Virus record (IMG/VR): IMGVR_UViG_3300014913_000003
Span: 1-39,592 of that record
Length of the DNA stretch: 39,592 nucleotides
Strand: one strand, 5' to 3'
Source of the DNA: a virus
In this document: positions 27,191 to 33,387 of the stretch, piece after piece
Layout of the letters: every line of letters begins with the position of its first letter
How positions within the stretch are numbered: position 1 is the first letter of the stretch
Notes under the pieces: model-generated
The model's input: only the letters and a program-made list of their open reading frames with translations
Told to the model about the DNA's origin: nothing
The model's database searches: none
Program-made: the position numbers and the translations under genes

Positions 27191-27373
27191 ATGAAAGACT
27201 TACTACAATTTGCAGCAACGGCGCTTGTCGCGCTATTCTTCCTATTCCTTTCTCTTTATCTAAACAAGTTCTCGATACTTTATCGGATAGATGTAGAAAA
27301 TAGAGTATGCGCGGCGACTGAGTATCTAGATATCGCGCCAGACGGTAAGAACTGGACTTGTTCACCTATTTAA
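27191..27373 (+). CDS. Small membrane protein (60 aa)
   Basis: FAATALVALFFLFLSLYL. Confidence 0.5.
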   Translation: MKDLLQFAATALVALFFLFLSLYLNKFSILYRIDVENRVCAATEYLDIAPDGKNWTCSPI

Positions 27374-27383
27374 TAATACTACA

Positions 27384-27755
27384 ATGAATAAAAAATACTA
27401 CATCTCGGCACAACATGACGTATATTTGGATGATTACGAGAGGGGGGAGCTTGAAAATGTTAACGCATTTCAAATTGACCATTTCAGCGAAGAAGAAAAA
27501 GCCTTCGACGCGGTAAGAGATTACATGGAAAACGTGGTTTGTGTAGATGAATACACATACAAGGAATATGAAGGCGATAACCGCGAGGGGAATGACAAGT
27601 TTGAAATAGTGGCAAATGTTCTGGTGGATGAAAACAATTGTCCGGCAACGAAAGGAGATATTAAAGAATGGAAAGAGGGCAAAAGAAAATTGTACACAGT
27701 CCATATTTACATTGAGCTTTTCAAACTCACTCCAACGGCAAAGCTCTTTGTTTAA
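27384..27755 (+). CDS. Acidic hypothetical protein (123 aa)
   Basis: By hand count, 27 Asp/Glu against about 16 Lys/Arg; last gene before the terminator. Confidence 0.55.
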   Translation: MNKKYYISAQHDVYLDDYERGELENVNAFQIDHFSEEEKAFDAVRDYMENVVCVDEYTYKEYEGDNREGNDKFEIVANVLVDENNCPATKGDIKEWKEGKRKLYTVHIYIELFKLTPTAKLFV

Positions 27756-27780
27756 TAGTTACAAGAAAGAAAGACATAAA

Positions 27781-27811
27781 AGCCTCCTACATATCGCAGG
27801 GGGCTTTTTTA
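27781..27811 (+). terminator. Rho-independent terminator
   Basis: AGCCTCCT / AGGGGGCT 8-bp stem (one G-U pair), 9-nt loop, T6. Confidence 0.75.
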
Positions 27812-28155
27812 GTGTACATACGCATAGAAATAAATTAATCACGTTCGGCAAATGAAAAGAGGTACTAACACCCCATAACAATATATAAAGACCTTAGAAA
27901 GAACGTATACAAGAGTAAATCAATGAAATTAGTAGAAAGCTACACGAAACCGGTCCAAACAGTAGGACCTCCCCATTTCTGCCGTATATCTCAAACCGTA
28001 CCAATACACCAAACTACACCCAAAAACTATCACGCCTCAAGTCTTATTGATTCTAGGCTATTCAGCACGCCCCAGAAAATACTCAATCTCGGCAAAAGAA
28101 AACATTACCTAACCACTCCACACACTCAAGACACACAAACACCAACTCATCATTT

Positions 28156-28180
28156 AAAACGCTTAGAACTGATTTAAATC
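28156..28180 (+). promoter_or_regulatory. 25-nt conserved box, copy B: AAAACGCTTAGAACTGATTTAAATC
   Basis: 23/25 identical to 23106-23130; contains the palindrome GATTTAAATC; lies upstream of terS. Confidence 0.5.
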
Positions 28181-28333
28181 AACTATTCTTTTTCAAAACA
28201 ATCTAAAATGCCCTAAATTATGCCTGAATACTCAATCATAGCCACACATCCACCAAAACAGAAAAAACAAATACTTGATTGGAAAACATATTTCATGCAT
28301 TCTAAGCGTGTTTCAGCACATAAACCACCCACC

Positions 28334-28807
28334 ATGTCACAGAAAAAACCGCGCATCCAAAAGTACGCAGAGGCAGTAGCAGTCGGCAATACCAGAACAA
28401 GGGCAAAAGAGCTCGCTGGGTATTCGCCTAAAACGAACGTCACCGACATAGAACAGAATCCCGTGTTCAAGAGCCATCAGAAAGCCATTCTCAATAAGTT
28501 TGAGGCAGGCGGATTGACCGACGACCTAGTCGTAAAGCGGCTTAAGGGCCTCATAAATAAGCGTGAGAAGCGTTTATCTTTCGGGAAGGTGGTAGAGGTA
28601 GACAAAGTGGACGCAGGCGCAGTGTCAAAGGGATTGGACCTACTATTTAAGGTACGAGGAGATTACGCACCAGTCGAAGTCAAACAAACGAATCCAATGG
28701 ATGATATGGACATTGTAGGCCTAATGACCGCACTACAAGAGGCGGGAGGAATGGGTGAAGTGAGTCTAGACCTATTGCCAGAACTAACGGACAATCCCCA
28801 AGAGTAG
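28334..28807 (+). CDS. terS: Terminase small subunit (Terminase_2-like, 157 aa)
   Basis: KYAEAVAVGNTRTRAKELAGYSPKTNVTDIEQNPVFKSHQKAI matches the HTH pattern F..eY...GN...AA..AGYS.k.a......l..np.v. Confidence 0.6.
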   Translation: MSQKKPRIQKYAEAVAVGNTRTRAKELAGYSPKTNVTDIEQNPVFKSHQKAILNKFEAGGLTDDLVVKRLKGLINKREKRLSFGKVVEVDKVDAGAVSKGLDLLFKVRGDYAPVEVKQTNPMDDMDIVGLMTALQEAGGMGEVSLDLLPELTDNPQE

Positions 28808-29004
28808 TACAATAAATCACGTCAAGAGCTGTGAATGTCTTTTATAGTGGGGGTATTGGCGTTTGGGCGCTACTTAACACAATGTGTATTGTTGTAAGTA
28901 AAACTCTTTCTAGCCCCCCCCCCTACTCCCCTATGCACCCATGGGGGTACTGGTTTGTATATATAATAGTCCCCAGGCCCACATCCCCGATTTCCCAGAA
29001 AACG

Positions 29005-29038
29005 ATGGTCAGTTTTGTGTAAGGGATTTGCGTATCAT
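29005..29038 (+). repeat. 34-nt box, copy 1: ATGGTCAGTTTTGTGTAAGGGATTTGCGTATCAT
   Basis: 29/34 identical to 29280-29313. An upstream companion segment GGTATTGGCGTTTGGGC (about 28852) resembles GGATTGGTGTATTTTTGGGC (about 29179). Confidence 0.8.
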
Positions 29039-29279
29039 ACAATAAACGTGGTGAATAAAGTCAAGTGTGGTGGATGTGTGGGTGTACATTGGTTAAACGT
29101 CTGTAAAGGTGTTCGTGCGGGAGATATGGAGTTTGTTGGGTTTGTGAGTATATTTGGATAAATACCTTAGATTTGGCGGGATTGGTGTATTTTTGGGCCC
29201 CCTGGGCTTAATAATTGTGTTCGTGGATGTTGGGTTGTGGAGTACGTTTCAGCTAATTTTTATTTTTTTCTGGAAAAGC

Positions 29280-29313
29280 ATGGTCAGTTTTATCTTAGGG
29301 TTTTTCGTATCAT
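29280..29313 (+). repeat. 34-nt box, copy 2: ATGGTCAGTTTTATCTTAGGGTTTTTCGTATCAT
   Basis: See copy 1; ends 40 nt upstream of the HNH-AP2 ATG. Confidence 0.8.
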
Positions 29314-29353
29314 TAGATTTGACTTATTTGTTGAGGTGTGCTAGGATGGTGGC

Positions 29354-29851
29354 ATGAAGGAGTATAGAGACATTTCCGGATATGAGGGGCTGTATAGTGT
29401 ATCTAGTGATGGGGAGGTGTTAAGTCTCCGTCGCGGGAAGCATCTTAGTCAGTGTTGCGAGACAAAGGGGTATATGTCTGTAATGCTTTGCAATAATGGG
29501 GTCAGTAAGCGAGTTCTGGTGCATCGCCTTGTTTATTCTGAGTTTGTTGGGGACATTTCTGGTCAAATAGACCATAAGGATGGCAACAGGAAGAATAACA
29601 AGCTAGAGAATTTAAGAGATGTTACGAGAGCGCAGGATCAATGGAATACGGTGGTTCAGAAAAACAAGACATGCTCCGTGAAGGGGGTGTATCGTGCTGG
29701 GGCAAGTTGGTATTCTGAGTTTAGGTGTAATGGAGAGCGGATAAGAAGTAAATGCTTTCGGCAGGAGGCGCAGGCGATTCGTTGGTATGAAATAGAGATT
29801 GTTAGGCATAGGGGGCGGCAAGCCTGTCCTCGAATAACTGGGAGCTGCTAA
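29354..29851 (+). mobile_element. Free-standing homing endonuclease: NUMOD4 + HNH_3 + AP2-like DNA-binding domain (165 aa)
   Basis: ISGYEGLYSVSSDGEVLSL (NUMOD4), IDHKDGNRKNNKLENLRDVTRAQDQWN (HNH_3), VKGVYRAGASWYSEFRCNGERIRSKCFRQEAQAIRWYE (AP2-like). Confidence 0.75.
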
Positions 29852-30003
29852 CCTCATGCAGCCGCTAAAGGGATGATAACCCTTGTGAGAATGACTCCGA
29901 AACTACGGAATTTAATCAGCCGTTAAACGGAGAGGGGTGAGAACCCCCAAGTTATGCCTTCGGGCTCGTGGCCTCTTCGGGGGCTACTAAATGTTCTTTG
30001 AGA
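29852..30003 (+). ncRNA. Structured RNA region (six short hairpins, two with UUCG tetraloops); function unknown
   Basis: Hairpins at 29868-29884, 29896-29909, 29920-29930, 29934-29947, 29956-29965 (GCC-UUCG-GGC) and 29971-29984 (GCCUC-UUCG-GGGGC); no ORF. Confidence 0.45.
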
Positions 30004-30180
30004 GATTGTATCGAGTGGTGGAATAGGTAGACACTACATACTGGGAAGAGCACCTGTGTACATTCACATAAAGACCCTCCCAAGGGAAATCTGGTCGCTC
30101 ATGCAAGGTGACTATACGAGTATTTAAGTGCGAAACTCACTATAATCCAAAACTCGTCAAATCCTTGCCTCGATACAATC
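30004..30180 (+). ncRNA. tRNA-Leu-like RNA with expansions (tRNA mimic, intron-bearing tRNA or pseudogene)
   Basis: A 12-bp closing helix, 30004-30015 / 30169-30180. CGAGTGGTGGAATAGGTAGACAC closely matches the E. coli tRNA-Leu 5' acceptor/D-arm. Stem 30103-30108 / 30163-30168 would enclose a canonical TTCAAAT T-loop if 30110-30156 were removed. Confidence 0.5.
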
Positions 30181-30193
30181 CTTGAGAGGATAA

Positions 30194-30266
30194 AGCGGAG
30201 TAGAGTATTGGTAACTCGCTGGACTCATAATCCGGAATAATGTCAGTTCAAATCTGTCCTTCGCAA
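30194..30266 (+). tRNA. tRNA-Met (anticodon CAT), with some initiator-like features
   Basis: Hand-folded. D arm GAGT-ATTGGTA-ACTC; anticodon arm CTGGA-CTCATAA-TCCGG; T arm GTCAG-TTCAAAT-CTGTC (one U-U mismatch). The acceptor has 6 bp plus an A-A mismatch at 1:72. The variable loop is 6 nt. Confidence 0.6.
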
Positions 30267-30290
30267 TCAAATTCTTAAAGACTATGCACA

Positions 30291-30464
30291 ATGGGGACAA
30301 TTACCAAGGGGACAATGCTCGCATACGTTGTATCTGTCTTTGTGGTGAAAATGCTAAACATTGTTATTGAGAGGCCGTGGACGAGCACGTTAGAAATATT
30401 TACTATTTTGTTCGGTGCTGGCGTTACTCTGGCAATCCTTATTGTTGGGTACAATGCTCCATAG
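30291..30464 (+). CDS. Small membrane protein with 2 predicted TM helices (57 aa)
   Basis: Hand-translated: MLAYVVSVFVVKMLNIVI and IFTILFGAGVTLAILIVG. Confidence 0.4.
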   Translation: MGTITKGTMLAYVVSVFVVKMLNIVIERPWTSTLEIFTILFGAGVTLAILIVGYNAP

Positions 30465-30519
30465 GGGGGGGGATATAACTAAGTCGGAAATTTAAGCATA
30501 TTATATAATTCAATCGCAA

Positions 30520-30969
30520 ATGAAGATTCTAGAAACGCATCCGGAGATAAAATCAAGAGAGGTCTTGTTGGGAGATTCTCAAAGACTCTTACAGTACGCC
30601 AAGGAAATGCACAAGCTCTGTTTTGAGCCGATTGGTATGTACCCGGGGGGTGAGGCGGTGGCACATGTGCAGGTCGCAGGAAAAGACCCGCTACGCTTCT
30701 TTGTGAAAAAAGATGGGACTATCTATATAAACCCGGTAATTACGAGCCAGAAACAGAAATATAAACACCGGGAGGGGTGTCTGTCGTTTGCGAATGAGTC
30801 TCCGGTTGAAGTAGAGAGATATAACTTGATAGAGGTCGAATTTGTTTTGGCGCATATAACGGCGAAACAAATAGTGACAGACGGTGGGCAGAAGGGGCGC
30901 TTCTCGGGGAAAGACGCTGCAATCTTTCAGCACGAGATAGAGCACTTTGATTTGGATTTAATTTATTAA
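30520..30969 (+). CDS. def: Peptide deformylase (149 aa)
   Basis: The three PDF motifs: GGEAVAHVQV (G.G.AA.Q-like), EGCLSF (EGCLS) and QHEIEHF (HE..H). Confidence 0.85.
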   Translation: MKILETHPEIKSREVLLGDSQRLLQYAKEMHKLCFEPIGMYPGGEAVAHVQVAGKDPLRFFVKKDGTIYINPVITSQKQKYKHREGCLSFANESPVEVERYNLIEVEFVLAHITAKQIVTDGGQKGRFSGKDAAIFQHEIEHFDLDLIY

Positions 30970-30970
30970 A

Positions 30971-31087
30971 ATGAAAAGGAAGCAAGCGGTGTCGGTACGG
31001 AGGCCCTTTACGGTGGCTATGTGGCAGGGGATATTGAAACAGGCGGTTGCGAGAGCCGAGAAGGAGCTAAATAATCCGAAGAAATAA
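30971..31087 (+). CDS. Basic mini-ORF (38 aa)
   Basis: Hand-translated; TAATG overlap with the next gene. Confidence 0.3.
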   Translation: MKRKQAVSVRRPFTVAMWQGILKQAVARAEKELNNPKK

Positions 31088-31329
31088 TGAATAAAATACA
31101 ACCGACGACAGAGCGGATAGAGATGTGCAAATTCTATGTCAAAAGGGCGAATTGGCATTATGGGGTTGGAGTTCTTGCGATATTTGCAATTGGAGTATTG
31201 TTCGCGCAGGAGGTTCATTTTGGATGGCTGGTGCCACTTGGAGGGATTCTTACTTGGAATATCTTCTTCGCTGTGACATACTCAGCAATGGCAGAGGAAT
31301 GGGAGAGGACGCTTCCAAAAATTAAATAA
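31087..31329 (+). CDS. Small membrane protein (80 aa)
   Basis: Two hydrophobic segments (VGVLAIFAIGVLFA and LVPLGGILTWNIFFAVTY). Confidence 0.5.
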   Translation: MNKIQPTTERIEMCKFYVKRANWHYGVGVLAIFAIGVLFAQEVHFGWLVPLGGILTWNIFFAVTYSAMAEEWERTLPKIK

Positions 31330-31539
31330 GTGGTTGGTATGGGGGGTGACCCACCTGATTCGTTCCAGAAAGGACACTAAAATCCTATAAAACTCTCCCA
31401 CTCAAAAATGACAATAGGTCTTTAGGACTGAGATACTGGCACAGGGAATCGGTATCGAAATCGGCATCGGCATTCTGTGATTAGGAATATTCAAAAACTT
31501 CACACGCATTAAAGATTCCCAAACCTTAAAAACCGCTAG

Positions 31540-31845
31540 ATGAAAATTAAATACAAAAAAAATGGCCGACGGAAGGAGTGTGAGTATAATTCTCCATACG
31601 CTGTTGACAACGAAGCAGCTTGTTTGGGGATTTTGTGGAACGAGAAGTACCGTGGGCAGAATCTAGAGCCAGCGTGGGAGATTTTAACGAAGACTGGAAA
31701 ACACGAATACGCGAAGGGGCGATTTCTTGAGATTGTTTCTTTTGAGGCGAGCGAGCTAGAGAAGAAGGGGTTTTTTGATTTTGGGCTAAGGAAGACTATA
31801 AATAAAAAATGCAAGCCCGGGTACGCAAGACTTTGCAATTATTGA
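31540..31845 (+). CDS. Hypothetical protein (101 aa)
   Basis: ORF track; first gene after a 210-nt ORF-free region. Confidence 0.5.
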   Translation: MKIKYKKNGRRKECEYNSPYAVDNEAACLGILWNEKYRGQNLEPAWEILTKTGKHEYAKGRFLEIVSFEASELEKKGFFDFGLRKTINKKCKPGYARLCNY

Positions 31846-31887
31846 AACCGAGTTGACAAATGATAAGGTTTGTGATAGGGTGTGGGC

Positions 31888-32193
31888 ATGAAGAAACTAT
31901 CAGTCGGCATCGTGTTGTGTCTTTTTATTCTCCCATCATTCACCGTTGGTGCGTTTGGGCATAAAGGGGTTCGTTCTTTGAGCAGTGCAAAGACGGTAGA
32001 GGCCCCGAAGCTGGTTATTCGGGAGATTGCGCCAGTTATTAAGGAGGAGGCAAGGGTTATTCGACCAGTCGTGCGGAAGAAATATGTTCCAACCGTAAAA
32101 AGCAAGGCTGTTATTCTTAGCGAGATTCGCACTTTGTTGGCAGAAATAAAACGACTACAAAAAAAATTAGAAGACTTATTCAAACAATTGTAA
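31888..32193 (+). CDS. Secreted/membrane-anchored coiled-coil protein (101 aa); i-spanin-like architecture
   Basis: MKKLSVGIVLCLFILPSFTVGAFG followed by a helical C-terminus, LSEIRTLLAEIKRLQKKLEDLFKQL. TTGACA-17-TAGGGT (31853-31881) ends 6 nt before the ATG. Confidence 0.5.
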   Translation: MKKLSVGIVLCLFILPSFTVGAFGHKGVRSLSSAKTVEAPKLVIREIAPVIKEEARVIRPVVRKKYVPTVKSKAVILSEIRTLLAEIKRLQKKLEDLFKQL

Positions 32194-32409
32194 ATGGGAA
32201 TAACAGACAAGGGGGCAGAACTATTGCTCGGACAATTGAAAAAAATCGTAGACAGCGTGGGAGAGCCAATGATAATCATGGTAGCAACAAAGGACGACTT
32301 TCTTTCCACTCATAACGAGAGACTGAATGAGCTTGGACGGCGCGAAAGAGACAGCATGTTCGCAGGAGCAAGCCTTACACTTTCTAGGGCATTAATTCAA
32401 ACAGAATGA
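32194..32409 (+). CDS. Hypothetical protein (71 aa)
   Basis: ORF in the operon. Confidence 0.45.
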   Translation: MGITDKGAELLLGQLKKIVDSVGEPMIIMVATKDDFLSTHNERLNELGRRERDSMFAGASLTLSRALIQTE

Positions 32410-32792
32410 GAAACGTAATAATCAAAACCCCGGGAGGAAAATTATTCCTTGGTACGATTGAGAACCGAGCGTTCACAAGGGCGAATGTCTCTGGGAAGGC
32501 TCACATGTACCGGGAAATCCCATCTTGGGGAATGGACAAAGAGGCTTTTGACGATATTATTTCAAAAGAATCGGATGTGATTAGGATTTTGGATACGGAT
32601 ACAAACATTGGGTATAAAATTTCCACAGAAAAATTCAAGAAGCATTCTGCGGAAAGAGAGTTTGAAGGACATCGGAAACAATTATTTTGCTCTGTCGTAT
32701 TCTTTCATAAATACCATCCGGACAAAACAGTCGAACTACCCCTTGATGAGATGGGAGAAAAAAAAGAAGACCCGCAAATGACGCTTCTTTGA
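32406..32792 (+). CDS. Hypothetical protein (128 aa)
   Basis: ATGA overlap; ORF in the operon. Confidence 0.55.
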   Translation: MRNVIIKTPGGKLFLGTIENRAFTRANVSGKAHMYREIPSWGMDKEAFDDIISKESDVIRILDTDTNIGYKISTEKFKKHSAEREFEGHRKQLFCSVVFFHKYHPDKTVELPLDEMGEKKEDPQMTLL

Positions 32793-32837
32793 TACGAAAA
32801 CTTGACTGAAAACTGACCACCACATAGTATTTAAGAG

Positions 32838-33002
32838 ATGATAACGATAACCGCAGCAGATTTTGCAAAGCGCACAGGGCTAAAGAAGGGCTATGTGTAC
32901 CAGCTCGCGCGTAGGCGTGGAGTGAGTTTTAAAGATATGCACGCGGTGTTGGACTTGTTAGTAGAATATGAATCCAGAAACAATGAACAAAAAGAAGCTT
33001 AA
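32838..33002 (+). CDS. Small HTH (excisionase/MerR-like) protein (54 aa)
   Basis: ITAADFAKRTGLKKGYVYQLARRRG. Confidence 0.4.
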   Translation: MITITAADFAKRTGLKKGYVYQLARRRGVSFKDMHAVLDLLVEYESRNNEQKEA

Positions 33003-33387
33003 AAATTTTCGGGTACAATATTTTGTACGGCACGAGTGTGAGAAAAAACCAGAATATTCTTTTGGTGTGGGCTTTCCGGACTTGCAGAAGGTCAGTCTTG
33101 CGAAACTCATAAAGTTTTCTGAGACGGTCATAAATGTTCGAGAGCCACTTGGGGGCGAGGAGGTACATGTAACAATTGGGATGAAGCTCGTGAACACGAA
33201 GAGCAAGAGATTTTATGGGACGTATGTGAAGTTTTCACAGAAAACGCTAGAGAAGTATGTTCACGAGGGGGTTCTGGCTGCGAAGCTTGTGACAGGAGCC
33301 AGAGATTCGCACGCAGCGTTGGAAAAAAATCTGTATAAATACAAACTTGTTGACGGAGAGTTCCCGAAACCTTTCAAAACAGTATGA
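32968..33387 (+). CDS. Hypothetical protein immediately upstream of terL (139 aa)
   Basis: ORF track; ATGA overlap with terL. Confidence 0.55.
   Translation: MNPETMNKKKLKNFRVQYFVRHECEKKPEYSFGVGFPDLQKVSLAKLIKFSETVINVREPLGGEEVHVTIGMKLVNTKSKRFYGTYVKFSQKTLEKYVHEGVLAAKLVTGARDSHAALEKNLYKYKLVDGEFPKPFKTV

Noticed and set aside
27923-28177. 84-aa ORF upstream of terS
   Set aside because: It lies in the G-depleted CA-rich tract. The predicted protein is Pro/Thr/His/Gln-rich low complexity, and the open frame is probably a by-product of composition.
28242-29081. Invertible terS segment bounded by the perfect 13-bp inverted repeat CCACACATCCACC / GGTGGATGTGTGG
   Set aside because: A 13-mer match is expected about 10 times by chance per orientation in a 39-kb genome, and more often with the CA/GT skew. 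No invertase is encoded. The repeat is kept only as part of the broader flank-asymmetry observation.
29049-29159. Possible GTG-initiated 36-aa Cys-containing ORF after the first 34-nt box
   Set aside because: It is very short, has a non-ATG start, lies in the compositionally skewed region and has no supporting motif.
28831-29357. ORFs 28831-29022 (GTG start) and 29154-29357 (TTG start)
   Set aside because: Both have non-ATG starts and a skewed GT-rich composition. Their only mutual similarity coincides with the duplicated non-coding boxes, so they are interpreted as repeats rather than paralogous genes. Proteomics could overturn this.
28808-30180. Group I intron carrying the HNH-AP2 ORF, inserted in terS or in the tRNA-like gene
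   Set aside because: terS ends with a normal stop and looks complete. The tRNA-like 5' half lies downstream of the ORF rather than upstream, and the insertions within the tRNA-like element (7, about 42 and 47 nt) are far too short for group I introns. I could not identify P1/P7 or exon context. The structured RNA remains listed as unexplained.
30004-30266. tRNA-like sequences as an attP site of a temperate phage
   Set aside because: No integrase, excisionase-integrase pair or repressor was found anywhere in the closed genome.
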